Origin: Syncephalis fuscata S228
Lineage: Eukaryota; Fungi; Zoopagomycota
NCBI GenBank assembly: GCA_025786725.1
Contig: JAHLTZ010000057.1
Span: 1 to 64,000, forward strand
Direction: 5' to 3'
DNA: 64,000 bases
The notes beneath the pieces are model-generated. The model had not been told where the DNA came from, searched no databases, and was given only the letters and a program-made list of their open reading frames with translations. The position numbers were made by a program, and so were the translations under genes. Below are positions 11,386-25,018 of the stretch, in pieces; position 1 is the first letter of the stretch, and each line of letters opens with the position of its first letter.

Positions 11386-14300
11386 TTACTCATTCTTTGT
11401 AACGACAGGTCCCCATCCACCACCACCTGGTGTGCATATACAGACACGGTCACCTTTGTTGACCATTAGGGTGTTTTTACCGCCTACGTTTAGTGTAACA
11501 CCTTTTGAGGTGCGTTTCCATAGATTAAGACCTGGTTGACCTGGTTCACCACCCGCTAAACCATAGGGCCGATAGACGCGCCGTTCAGTTAGCAGGGATA
11601 CTTGTAATTGATCTTCAAGGAATTCCAGTTCACGAACTACACCATCACCACCTTGATATTGTCCATGGCCGCCCGAGTCTATATATACATACATACATAT
11701 ATATACACACGTAATACATATTAATAGTAGTTAGGTAAATGTAATAATATTATAGAATAATAGACCTACTTTTACGTAATGAGAATTCGTGTAAAATAAC
11801 TGGATATCGCTGTTCTAATACTTCTGGATCTGTAATACGTGTATTGGTCATATGCTATATCATATTAATTATTAAACAAAATATATTATTGAATTAAATA
11901 ATACTTACTGTATGAACACCGCCTATTCATTTTAATCATAGTATTAATAAATCAATAACTAATTAATGTAATTGTAGTTAATATCTACTTTTTCCGTTCC
12001 AAGTAGGACCCTAATAATCAATCAATATTAATTATATAATTATATAATTATATAATCATATAACTTACTGCGCCACTTCCTATTAAATAGAGATATTTAA
12101 ATAATTAATAATTAATAATTAATACATCTAATTGCTTACCTCCAGCAATTGTTTCATAATAGCCCCAACCAGCTTCAATTACTTTATCGTCAGTAGTTGA
12201 TTTACCACCCGTACCAAATGTAAAGTTGTTACAGTCACCTTGCGATGCTGCACAAGCATTAAAGGCCCGTAGAATAACATCCACTACACGTTGACTGGTC
12301 AATACATTGCCACCAACAACAGCGGCATCTTTATCAGGTGCTAGTAGACTGCCCGGTGGAATGTGTACTTCAACAGGTGCTAAACAGCCTTGATTCAATG
12401 GGATATCCTGCTGTACAAGACAGCGCAAACAATAAATGATAGCACTATGAGCTACCTAATAATATTAACTAGTTAGAACATTATTGCTATTATTATTATT
12501 ATTATGCATAGTGTTACCGATGGAGGAGCATTCCAGTTGCCTATATTCTATTATATAAGTATCTATATATATATATATGACAGCTTTAACTGACCATAAA
12601 CTTGATAGGCAGTACCGGTGAAATCAAATAGCGCCGATCCCTTTTCTTCGTCAATTGTAATACGTAGACAGATGGGAGAACCGTCATCCATATAATCAAC
12701 AGCCTCTAGCGCATGTCCCTTATAACGTTGACTTGTTTGACGCAGTAGATCCCGTACAGCCATTTCTGCATTATCTCTTATATGATACATATAGGCATGC
12801 ACTATATCTAGACTATACTCAGCCACTAATGCATGCATCAATAAAATGCCTTTATGATTGGCTGCCACTTGAGCCTTTAGATCCGATAAGTTATCTCTAT
12901 TCCAACTATAAGCAATTGCGGCTACAAACACCTATGATAATACTGTACCGAAGACAACGAGTACCACTACATCCTGAATATTTAGCTGGATCATCTTGTA
13001 ATATACGAATGATGTCATCAGTTTGGAATACACCTCGATTAACCAATTTAAATGAAATAATAGCTGCACCTTCTTGATAGAGTTCTTTGGAATGCGGTGG
13101 CATAGAACCTATTTACAATATAATTAGTAATAAATAAATAATATAGATCTCGTTAATTACCAGGTAGAATACCGCCAATATCTGCATGGTGAGCACGTGA
13201 AGCCACAAAGAATATAATCTTGTTATCATCAAATACCGGTGTAATAATTGTAATATCTAAATACTAGTTAATAACACCAATACTAATACTAATTAATAGA
13301 TCTAGTCTATTTGTATTTACCTGGTAAATGAGAGCCACCAGCTTGTGGATGATTGGTTACAATAACATCGCCTTCGTACAAATCATCTTTGTGATAGTCC
13401 ATTTGAAACTTGACCGCATGACTTAGACTGCCCAAGTGAACAGGAATATGAGGTGCTGTAGATCATAGATTATACATATATTAGTCAATAGATAGTATGA
13501 ATATGTCTATTCATATTACCATTAGCTACTAATCCACCATCAGGTCCAAATATAGCACAGGAAAAGTCTAGTCGCTCTTTAACATTAGTGGACACGGCCG
13601 TTTTACGTAATGTTTCGCCCATCTGTTCAGCAATACCCATAAATCGATGGCCGAATACTGCTAGCATGGCCGGATCCTTTTCAGTGCCAATCATTTTACG
13701 CCAACTCAGTCCACTCTCCTTAGTATTACTGCTACTACTACTATCATCGTCTACTTTAAGAATAACATGTTCAGGTAGTATGAGGGCAGTGCAGCCTGGT
13801 TCAACCACAATGGTATGATGTTGATCAATAATCAGTGCGGGGCCATTCAATTTTGCACCGACTGGTTGATCGGCTACTAAATAAATGGGTGTCTTGTGTC
13901 GATCTGTACCATCAAAGTAAACGGGCACAGTCTGGTTGAAATAGCTGCAGGTGAATCGGTGGCACCGGCTAATTGGTGGGCCAATTTAAATGGTGACACT
14001 GCAGATCGGTATGCAGTTTTACCAATGGCCCGTACACGTACATCATCCACTAGAATAGTACGATCGGGTAACGTGAAGCCAAATTCTCGTTGATGTACAT
14101 CGATAAATTGCTGTTTAAACTCCCAATTGGTACTTGTCGTCATCATCGATGTATCGGTGCCTTGGTAGCGCAGATTAAGAAATAGCTGGATTTCTATGCT
14201 GTCCTCAGTAAATCCTCTCGCTTTTAGTGCTTGTTCACAGCGATTAGACAGTTGGCGGGTGCGTTCCTGTAGATCGGGTATAATACGGTCAGTTAGCGGG

Positions 14301-16587
14301 GCCGAGAATGGTTCGCGTTCCTCGTGGACGACATCCGCCAACGATAGGCCGTAGGCAGAAAGAACAGAGGCGTGTCGATGTAGCAGTACAGTCTCAATGC
14401 CCAGTGAACGAGCAATGGCACAGGCATGCTGTCCACCTGCACCACCAAAACACGCCAATGCATGATGTGATGCAGGATGGCCTTTAGCTTCAGTCAGTGC
14501 TCTAATAGGGCGACACATAGCTTCATTGGCCACCTGTAAAAATCTAATGGCCATCTAATTAGTAATAGTGTTAACATCAATATTAAGTAATTATTTACCC
14601 AAGTGCTACTTGATCAACAGTCAGTGCTGATCGGCCATCTTCTTTCAGCTTTATATTAATCTCTTTAGTTAATTCTTCAAATTTACTATATGCAGCATCC
14701 ACATCGAGGGGCAGATCTTCATTGGGGCCGAATATTTTGGGGAAATAAGCAGGCAATAAACGGCCCGTAATAAGATTGGCATCAGAAATGGTAAGCGGCC
14801 CTCCTTTCCTATAACAAGCCGGACCTGGATGAGCACCGGCACTCTATTCATATGATTAATATAGTTTAAATGATGTTATATCTATTTACCTCAGGTCCCA
14901 CGTCAAATAGTCCATTTCTAAAGAATAGACGAGATCCACCACCGGCTGCCACCTAGTTGCATCATATGAATATAATGGCTATGTGGCTATAACGTGTTTA
15001 TATGACTTACAGTGTGGATGTCAAGTTGTGGTGCTTGTAATGTTACTCCGGCCACTTGTGCCTCAAATACATGTTCATAATTGCCGTCATAACGAGAAAC
15101 ATCTAATAAACATTAGTAAATAGATTGCTACTGGCATGAGTGTTACTATAGACACTTACCTGTGCTTGTACCGCCCATGTCAAAACCAATAATGGGCACG
15201 CCTTCCTTTTTATCCCAGCTCGTCATAGCATAGCCTATTATGACATATTAATATTGCTATAACAATATTAATATTGAATAACGTACCTACAACACCACCG
15301 GCGGGACCACTAACTACTGCACCGGCTCCCTTGGCCTCAGTAATTTCACACAGACCACCGTCACTACGCATAAATAGTACACGGTTGGCAAATTCACGCG
15401 AATCACCGGTAAATCCATTTAGAAATCCATTAACATAATCTTGTAGTACAGGTGTAAGGTAAGCATTGGCTACTGTAGAGTGAGCCCGTGGTACAAAGTG
15501 CTGTACCGCTTCTGATGTAAATATTCGATCAAAGCCAATACTAGTAGCTAATTTGGCCATTTCCTGTTCATGATCTATTCAATTAATAGTAATTAACATC
15601 GTAGTTATTAATAGTAATCACGGTACTTACCAGGGAATGTATAGGCGTGGAGAAAACAAATGGCCAAACTTTTAATGCCTTTGGCGTAAATAGTGCGCAG
15701 TTCTTGTTCGGCTGCCTTCAAATCTTAATCATGTCAAGTATTAATGACTAATGACTAATTATGTGCTTTAACTTACCAGGCCGACGAATAATACGAACAT
15801 ATTCGCCTGATAGACCTTTTACTACATTAGGCTGTTCAATATCTTCTTTATGTGGATCTGGTAGATGTGTAGCGGCAGCACCTAATAGTGTCACTCTAAT
15901 GACTGATTAGTTATGCACTATTACTGTCAAGTCTTACCGTTCATCCACCTCAATAACATGTGTATATAACTGATCAGGTACGGTAATCGATAGATCAAAT
16001 ATATCTGGACGGGATTGATTGCCTAAATAACATGAATTGTTATTGTTGTAGATCAATATACATATTTATTTAATATTTCTATTCATGTTACCAATAACTA
16101 ATAAATCCTAATAATACGATGATGATGATGATTGCTATGATGAGTATATAACAAGTACACGTAGTAAATATCTTACTTTAAATCCTTTGGTAATAAACAA
16201 TGCACACGGCTCTCCTTTACGTTCGAGTAAAGCATTGGTGGCCACTGTAGTGCCCATACGGATTGATTCTATAGACAAGTATTAGTAGCTATATCTATAT
16301 TATGGCATATCTATATCTGTATTACCGATATCATTGATACTCAATAACTCATCCTTGGGATGGGCTCGGCCAGTAATACGTTCGAGTAGACGCCTAATAC
16401 CTTCTCGAGGTGCGTCTGGATAGTTACTGGGGTCGACACTTAGTAGTTTTTCTACGGCTGTGGCCACACCCTTAGGATAAGTATTATTCACCGCAACTGG
16501 ATAATGAGCCACACAGTCAGTGAATGTGCCTCCCCGGTCAATAGAGAAGCGAATATTGCACCCTGGTTGATTACGAAGGTCAGACAT
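11386..16587 (-). CDS. OXP1: 5-oxoprolinase (ATP-hydrolysing; fused hydantoinase A/B), about 23 exons
   Basis: [73 protein letters not shown] and TPGGGGWG motifs across GT-AG exons. ATG at 16587. One apparent frameshift at ~13930. Confidence 0.96.
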
Positions 16588-16773
16588 ACTGGGAAGTGGA
16601 AAAGAGTCAGTAACTAGGCCTGACGCCACTAAAAAGTCTATTCAATAAATAGACCAACTATGACGTAGTCAACATATTTATTAGTCATTGACATTATAAT
16701 CGATATATTTAGTATTTTTATTCTATTTATTTATCGTTATATTTAAACCAACTACTTTATGTAATTACAGACT
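16588..16773. promoter_or_regulatory. Putative bidirectional promoter (186 bp) between OXP1 and DFG10
   Basis: Divergent start codons 186 bp apart. Contains TGAC-gta-GTCA at ~16661. Confidence 0.45.
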
Positions 16774-17622
16774 ATGGATCTGACACATATTGACTTGTCT
16801 AGTTGGATAAGTGCCTACTATTTGGGCATGTCTGTTGCTGTTATATTAGCAACAATGACAACAGCATTCCAACAGCAATTCCTATTTTATGGTAAATTAC
16901 GTACATCAAATAGCACTTTTACTTCTTCTTCATGGATACACTGGCTTTATTTAACGGTGCCCAAACATCGATTTAAAGATTTCTATCTTATTGGTGCCTT
17001 ATGGAATGCGTATCTACTATTTGGCATATTGACTGACCACTTGTGGAGTCCATTACGTGCTGTAATGACACTATCATTTGAACAGATACTAGTGGCCTGT
17101 CTACTACAGTGTCAACTATTAAGACGCTACTATGAATGTGTATTTGTAGAGAAGCCGTCTCTTACAGCACGTATGCATGTTGGTCATTATATTGTAGGGG
17201 TTAGTTACTATATAGTTACCTGTACAGCCACTTGGTGCTATTTCTCTATGAATCCATCCACTAGTATTGGTCTACGTCATCTATTAAGCGTTTGTTTATT
17301 TACATATGCTTCATTACATCAATATCGCTGTCATTCTATCTTGGCTCAATTACGTTCTACTAGTTCTGCTAGTAATAGCTCTTCTTATAGCATACCTTAT
17401 GGCGATTGGTTTCACTGGGTATCATCACCACATTATTTTGCCGAATTACTAATTTACGTAGCATTGTCGGCTATTCTACACTTTCCACTTGTTTGGTGCT
17501 GTTTATTAGTGTGGGTCGTCATCAATCTAGGCACCACGGCTCATATGACGCATGAATGGTATCGTCGCCACTTTAATTGCTACCCAATAGAACGCGCAGC
17601 TTTTATTCCAAGACTGTACTAG
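16774..17622 (+). CDS. DFG10: Polyprenal/polyprenol reductase (steroid 5-alpha-reductase family, SRD5A3-like), intronless
   Basis: YGKL, VPKHRFKDFY, RRYYEC, MHVGHYIVG, HQYRCHSILAQLR, PYGDWFHWVSSPHYFAELLIY, THEWY, RAAFIP. Confidence 0.92.
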   Translation: MDLTHIDLSSWISAYYLGMSVAVILATMTTAFQQQFLFYGKLRTSNSTFTSSSWIHWLYLTVPKHRFKDFYLIGALWNAYLLFGILTDHLWSPLRAVMTLSFEQILVACLLQCQLLRRYYECVFVEKPSLTARMHVGHYIVGVSYYIVTCTATWCYFSMNPSTSIGLRHLLSVCLFTYASLHQYRCHSILAQLRSTSSASNSSSYSIPYGDWFHWVSSPHYFAELLIYVALSAILHFPLVWCCLLVWVVINLGTTAHMTHEWYRRHFNCYPIERAAFIPRLY

Positions 17623-17886
17623 AATAACCTTGAACAGTTTCAGTTTAAATCCTATGTGAAACCGATGTTTCAATGACATCACTATAACGCCATTTACATA
17701 TATTCTAGCAGTAACCAAGTAGTTAGCTTGTTGCTGTATTGATTTAATCGATTGCGTTTATCCATCTTTGAAATAGTCGATGTCTATTTTCTATTACTTA
17801 TATAAGCACATTTAATATAGCATCGAATAACCTTCTCTTTATTCCATCACTTTACTACTTCTATCTCTGCCTCTATTGCTACAAAC

Positions 17887-20485
17887 ATGTCAAAGCCAGA
17901 TGTTGACGTAGATCTACAGGTGCATCATTTTGATGCATCTGAAGTTGCTAATAAAGCAGCCGAGCTACTGCCCTCTCTATTGTCACCTCGTTCTAGCGTA
18001 GTGGGTGAACATAAGCTGCACTTTCCACTGTCACCAAGCATCCGTCCGATAACACTTGATCATGCCCAATCTAGAGCCAATGTAGAGATGTGCTATCTAC
18101 CACAGTCCGTCTATGTCGGTATTCAAGTGGCAAATTATGAAGCTGGCGACGAAGCAGTGCTATGTCTGTGTTCGCATGATGGTACCTACCCACTTGACTA
18201 TCATGAGGACACAATTGATTTGCGCCAGTTTAAAGATGATCCAGATCGTGTCTATAAGAAGGTGGTTCATATAGCCAAGAGCGTGTTAAATGCATTGAAA
18301 GATTACATGCACTCACAGCACTACAAGGTACATGCATTGGCCATTGGAAGGCTATCGATTGGTGGACCGCCACTAGCGGCAGAGATTGAACTGGCCACTA
18401 GAGCTTGGCTTGACTTTGACGCCGTACCCGTTCTACTCTATGCTCGTCCAGGTGATGTTGATGAACGAGCGAGTTCAGTAGTACGTAAACTAGTAGCACG
18501 GTAGGTTCTAGTACTTGTATTAGCCTGTGTAATAGTCTAATATGATTTAATTTATGTAATAGCATTAGTCCACAGTTTCCAGGCAGTATATTCCGTATAC
18601 CTGTCACCCATCGACACGAGGTAATATTGATATATATATATAAATATAGTCTAATTTATCAATGTGTAGGTTGAAGTGGATAATGGAGATGAAATATTTC
18701 TATGTTCACTGCCTGATTATCAGCGTATCTGTAATCCACAAATATTTAAAGCATTGATGGATTTGGGTGAAATAACTCGTAGTAAGAAATTACGTATTTC
18801 ATTCTTCAGTTCGACTCCTCAAGGAGGTGGTGTAGCATTAATGCGACATGCTTTATTACGCCTAGCCAAACTACTAGGTATTGATATGCATTGGTATGTG
18901 GCTAAACCAAAACCAGATGTATTCGATATTACAAAGCGTAAATTCCATAATATACTCCAAGGTGTGGCTCCACCCGATACCCGTCTTACTAAAGAGGATC
19001 AAGATTTGTGGTATGACTGGGTAATCAATAATGCCAAACGATCATGGATTGATGCCAAAGGACCGATTATACGATCAGATATCATTGTCATTGATGATCC
19101 ACAACGTAAGCATAATAATAATAAGCTAAGTAGATATACCCGTCATATTAATACATTTCTTGTTCAGTGTGTGCAATTATTCCAATTATTCGACAATTGA
19201 ATTCACGATGCAGGATTATTTATCGATCGCATATTGAATTGCGATCTGATTTAATACGCATTAAAGGATCGCCACAACAGGAAGTATGGTCATTCATTTA
19301 TCAATTTATACAGGAGGCAGATGTATTTGTATCGCATCCTATTGCCAATTTTATACCGGATGAAGTACCACGCGAGAAAGTGCTTCTCATGCCAGCCTGT
19401 ACCGATAAACTAGATGGTCTAAATAAGCCGCTAATGGATTGGGCCATGGGCTATAACCGACTCATCTTTAACCGAGTGTGCTGGGATCAGTCTGGCACCA
19501 CTCTTAACGGTAGACGTCCCTATATCGTACAAGTGGCTCGATTCGATCCATCTAAAGGTAAGTTGTGGTTATTTAATAGTAATGTTGGTGGTGTATTTAT
19601 TGTAATGGTATAGGTATTCCAGATGTTATTGAATCCTATAGTCTATTCCGTCGTATGGCTGAAGATACCATGGCTCCTTTGAAGACACCCCAACTAGTGA
19701 TATGTGGACATGGCAGTATAGATGATCCAGGTAAGATGAATATATATAATATCAACTAGTATATTTATTAATATATTTACCTATTGATATAGATGCTACA
19801 ATGATGTATGAGGATACTATTCGTCGGTTACAACAACCAGAATATGAACATATTCGCGATGATGTTTGTGTAGCTCGATTGCCACCCAGTGATCAATTAT
19901 TGAATGCCGTATTACGTGGATCTCATGTGGCACTACAACTATCACACCGTGAAGGTATATACACACACATATATATATATATATAGCAATACATGTTTAT
20001 TACAGCATTGACAAATTGTTTAATAGGATTTGAAATTAAAGTAACTGAAGCATTAGTTAAAGGTATGTCATTTTAACATATACTATATATACAATACAAC
20101 TATTTATTGATACACACATATATATGTATATGTATATGGCCTATTAATAGGTGTACCAGTAATTGCTTATGCAGCAGGTGGTATTCCACATCAAATCATT
20201 CATGGCCAAACGGGCTTTTTAGTGCCAGTTGGTGATTGTGTTAAAGTGGCTAAACATTTATATCGGCTATTTACCGATCATAGTCTCTATGAGAATATGA
20301 GTAAGAATGCCAAATGCGAAGTGAGTTCTGACTATTTCACAGCCGCCAATTTAGTGTCATGGCTTTGGTTATTCAACGAACTTGACGAAGGCCGTCAACC
20401 TGGCCATGAACAATGGGTACGGGATCTATGGCGTCAATGGCATAAAAGAGTCGATAAGAACGAGAAGACTTCAGTGAAGCACTAG
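17887..20485 (+). CDS. Fungal trehalose phosphorylase/trehalose synthase (GT4, ccg-9-like), multi-exon
   Basis: FFSSTPQGGGVALMRHAL, FHNILQGVA, IDDPQ, QVARFDPSKGIPDV, GHGSIDDP, LQLSHREGFEIKVTEA. Confidence 0.92.
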
Positions 20486-20968
20486 TAAATAGGCAATAGT
20501 GTAAATGGTAGTCATATAATAAAGAGTTTGTTTATTTTAAAAAGTAATAGTCTTGATGATATGCTATAGCAGGTTGTTACCTAAATGATACAATAAAGCA
20601 TGGTTAGCACTAGTATTCGTTAATAGCAATAGTAATAAGCATATATCAATGTGCATATATCAATATATGTATAGAGTTCCTCAGAGATCTTGGTGATAAT
20701 ATCGATCGTCATTAATTGCTTCCGAAGTAGCGAATAGTTTATAATCATTGGAACCATATACATATATAGTACATATAGATACAAGATTGACCCAATATAA
20801 TACTCACCTTGTATGTTTACTAAACAATGGATCTATGAAATGTATTAAAAGAAAGAAAAAGCATAAAGAAAATAAATAGCAATTTACATTGGTGCACCAT
20901 TTATATCGATTATGGCACAGGGGATATTTTGAACAGGGGTAGACGTAATTCTCTTGTCTTTTATTACT

Positions 20969-21439
20969 ATGTTTTCACCAAATCAACTTTGGAATATTGG
21001 CTGTGTTATGGGTTAGTATTTACAACATGTCTATAGACAGTGTTGTATACACGTATATATCTATGTCTAGGTATTGACTGACTGTTTTATCTTTATTATC
21101 GCTATTTAATGTCTATTGATGTATTGAATAGGTGCATCGGGTGTTGCATTAGGGGCATTCGGTGCCCATGGCCTACGTAAATATACAAATAATGAACAAC
21201 AATTAAAGAACTGGGAAATGGCGGCCCATTATCAAATAATGCACTCACTGGCTATTCTATTTGCTTCAGTGCGAGGTCATCGTATGGCAGGCACGGCATT
21301 AACTGCTGGTACATTGTTATTTAGTGGCAGTATCTATGCCCTCATACTGAATCGTGATCGATTCCGTTTTCTCGGTCCAGTAACGCCACTAGGTGGTGCT
21401 GCGCTCATTACAGGCTGGTTAGCCTTGATTGCTGTTTAA
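20969..21439 (+). CDS. TMEM256/DUF423 small membrane protein, 2 exons
   Basis: MFSPNQLWNIGCVMG|ASGVALGAFGAHGL..WEMAAHYQ..GTLLFSGSIY..LGPVTPLGG. Intron ~21012-21131. Confidence 0.9.
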
Positions 21440-21625
21440 TAACCATAATAATAAACTGAATCTATACCATTATCAACAATATAGTATTTATTTAAATAGA
21501 AATAGTTATAGTGTGTGTATTAAGAGGTGTAAGTTGAAAAAACGCGATTCCTTCTCCTAATCTACCTTCTTCAATTGACTGATTCCTATAACACACACAC
21601 ACACAGGTATATACGTAAAGACACT

Positions 21626-22157
21626 ATGTTTGCTACGCGTCGTTTATTCCAAGCCATTAAACAGGTAACATACAATATATAATAGCCATAGATTACAATA
21701 ATCTATGTACTTACTTGTTGATTCATTCATTCAACTAGTCTACTTCGATACATGGCTTGCCAGTCCATCCAAATCCACGTCCGCATCTTATTGAAGTCTA
21801 CCAAAAGACACTGGAAGCACTTAAGCCAATTCCATCATCGGCAGTCTACCGTCAAGCAACAGAGGCCCTTACTAAACAGCGACTCAATGTTATTGAACGC
21901 GTAGAAAGTGTTGAAGAGATTGAACGTACACTCGATGCAGGTCAAATCGAAGAAGTCATCGAACAAGCAGAAGACGAGCTTAATCTTATCCCTAAAATGA
22001 TTGAATGGAAGGCGTAAGTAGCCTATTCATGGTTCTATATAATTATGTTGATATATTTATCTATAGATGGGAGTCGCTTGAAGTACCGGCACCAGAAGGG
22101 CAATGGAAGCAGTACAAGGCGTGCACCACCACAAAACCACCATCCACGACGCAATAA
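21626..22157 (+). CDS. NDUFA5: Complex I accessory subunit NDUFA5 (B13), 3 exons
   Basis: GLPVHPNPRPHLIEVY..IPSSAVYRQATEALTKQRL..GQIEEVIEQAEDEL..EWKAWESLEVPAPEGQW. Confidence 0.93.
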
Positions 22158-22345
22158 ACAGAACAAGAACACCAAAGACCAGAAAGAAAGAAAGATTGCT
22201 TATTATTTGTGTTTGTAAATCGTGCATCGTTATTAGTAAACACATAATTGAAGCTTATTAAATGTTTTAATTATTAAAAGTGTCAAGTGGCCACGTCACT
22301 TATTCTTTTACACTATTGTTGTTGTTACGGTTGTTACTTTTCATC

Positions 22346-23491
22346 ATGACAGCGGCTCGTCATTTTATTACTGCTGGACGCAAGATTGTTGCTATTGGAC
22401 GCAATTATAGGTAAGCCATAGTTTGAAGCCATTATAACAACTATTGGTGCTTATTGGACTATAAATAGCGATCACGCTAAAGAACTTGGTAATGCTATTC
22501 CAAAAGCGCCATTTTTCTTTTTAAAGCCTACATCGTCGTATGTAGCTTCACCGGGCAAGATTGAGATTCCAACAGGCTGTGTTGTCCACCATGAAGGTAA
22601 CGCTACTACTATTTATCATAATAGGCATATTGGCTTATAGTAAATGATAGTTGAATTGGGCGTGGTTATTGGCCAGGCAGGACGTGATATACGCGCCTCT
22701 GAAGCAGATAAATATGTAGCTGGTAATTGGTTAATTAAATGCATTTAAACTATAAATCTATAATATATATATATGTATTTATTAGGTTATGTATTGGCGG
22801 TTGATTTAACTGCTAGAAACCTTCAAGTAATTAAAATAGTTAATTAATAACCACATCTAATTAATATGAATGTATCTATTACTAGGATATTGTTAAGAAG
22901 AAGGGATTACCATGGTCAGCCGCTAAAGGATTTGACACATTTACACCTGTGGGGTAAGTATTTAATAAATAGTAATTACTATTAATTAATTATGAAATTA
23001 GTGATTTTATTCCACGAGAAAAGATTCCTGATCCTCATAATGTTAATTTATGGCTTAAGGTAAATTGAGTATTGCATTATTTGTATTATTAATATCAATT
23101 AATTATTATAGGTGGATAAAGAAACACGTCAAAATGGCAATACACAGGATATGATGTTCAAGTAAGTAATTCATAATAATACAGTTAGATGATCATTAAT
23201 TCAATATTAATAGAATACCTCAATTGGTGGAACATGTCAGTGGTATTATGCGTTTGGAACCTGGTGATCTTATTCTTACAGGTAATTAGATGGTATACTT
23301 TTATTCAAATCTACCATTCCTATTGACACTACTATGTTCATGGTAAAGGTACACCTAAAGGTGTTGGACCAGTGAAACCAGGACAGATACTAACTGCTGG
23401 ACTACAACTGTCCAATGGATCATCACTAAGTGAACTGCGATTTGAAGCAGTTGAACGAGAGGGCGTCTTTGAACTTGAACATCATTTGTAG
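22346..23491 (+). CDS. FAHD1: Fumarylacetoacetate-hydrolase-domain protein (FAHD1/Fmp41-like), about 9 short exons, missed by the ORF track
   Basis: KIVAIGRNYS|DHAKELGN..FFLKPTSS..HHE|VELGVVIG..DLTARNLQ..GLPWSAAKGFDTFTPV..LEPGDLILTG|TPKGVG. Confidence 0.93.
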
Positions 23492-23555
23492 ATCGTTTAC
23501 TTTATATATAAATGATATCATGAAAGATGACAATGATAGCGATAGTGATGGCCAC

Positions 23556-24561
23556 TCAATACAATACTTGTGCCTTTAAAGGGAACTTTTCTCCAGTTTC
23601 ACGTCCGATAAACGCACGACCATGAACGTGGCGGGCAAATCGATGCGCTTTTTCTTCGTTTTCCAACTGAATAATAAATCGATGAGAAAGAGATCCATTG
23701 GAACTAACAGCAATTGTGTTTTATGTTTTAGTTACTTCGTATGGTGATTATTAACTAGTTACTTACACAGGTAGCGCGAATATTGCTGGTTCAAATGTAT
23801 CAGCGGTATCACGGTCTCGTTGTAAACGTTTAGCATCCTCAATATTAGTATACCATGGCATGCCTGTAATAAGTACCGATCGACCTGAAGCACCGGCGAT
23901 ATGTGGGCTTTCTTTGAATGGTACATAATTAATCTACAATCAAATTAGTGTTATGGGGCTATTAATGAAATATCCATTTAATAAATGGCTTACAAATTTG
24001 CCTTTAATTTGACGGCCACCCATAAAAGTGCTATTGGCAGTGGCCATGAATAAAATGGCCGCCTCAGGATGAGTGAATTTAATACACACACGATAAACTA
24101 CTTGTGGTCTATTTGGATCACGTTCAAATGTAACTGTTGTTCATTAGTAGATGATTACTATTTAATTAATAGACTTACTTGATTCTGCCTCATCGATAGG
24201 AACTTGCGCTTTTTGTATCAAGTGTAGAAAATCGCGTTTGGTTAGTGTTGGATTCACCTTTTCTAATAAAACGCGATCGGTAGGTGATTCAGTTCGACCC
24301 GTCACTAGCCATTATCGATTAATAAGTATATTGTATATAGCTACGCTATTAAATACTTACGTTGGACTAATTGGTGTTCAGTGATTTTAAGAGGTAGACG
24401 CGTATCTTGCTTCTCCCAGTTATTTTGAAGTTTAGATGGATCAGGGATCGGTGTTTTGTTGTTGTTTAGTACCAATCCTTGATGAACATACGCACACCAA
24501 CTAGACGTGAGCTAGATAGCCCGGATATTAAAGTGCGTCGAGCAATCATACGAGCCACCAT
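23556..24561 (-). CDS. Uncharacterised protein with two degenerate RRM-like repeats and a mitochondrial-presequence-like N-terminus, 5 exons
   Basis: GT-AG exons join in frame (RVLLEKVNPTLTKRDF..VCIKF..MGGRQIKGKF; GRSVLITGMP..FIIQLENEEKAHRFARHVH..LKAQVLY*). Exon 1 needs one extra base near 24490. Confidence 0.7.
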
Positions 24562-25018
24562 AGTGTATAATCGTCAGTGTAAAAGATTTGCAAAAAAGAA
24601 AAAAGTAAAGCTTTTAATGATCTAATGTGCATGTGAATAGTAATTAATTAATTAATTAATTAAAATTTATATTTGTAGAGTTCAATGATGATAATAATGA
24701 TGGGATCAATTAAAGACAAAGCTTATTTGTGTATAGATATAGATATATATTTACTTGTTGCCGCGTTATTATAATTAACAGATTGAAATAACGCTACAAT
24801 AGCAAATACAACATTAAATAAATGATCTTTTAATAATAAAAGCAAGTTAATTATTTGTTCTAAAAAGTGTTTAGGACATCGCCTATTTATACAGAAAAGG
24901 CAGGCAATGTGGAGTGTTATCGCATCACGCGGCCTGTATCTACCGCAACGCCTGTTCTCTATCTAATTTTCAATATTTAGTAGCTCTACACAAGTACATA
25001 GTTGTACACGTCGACAGT

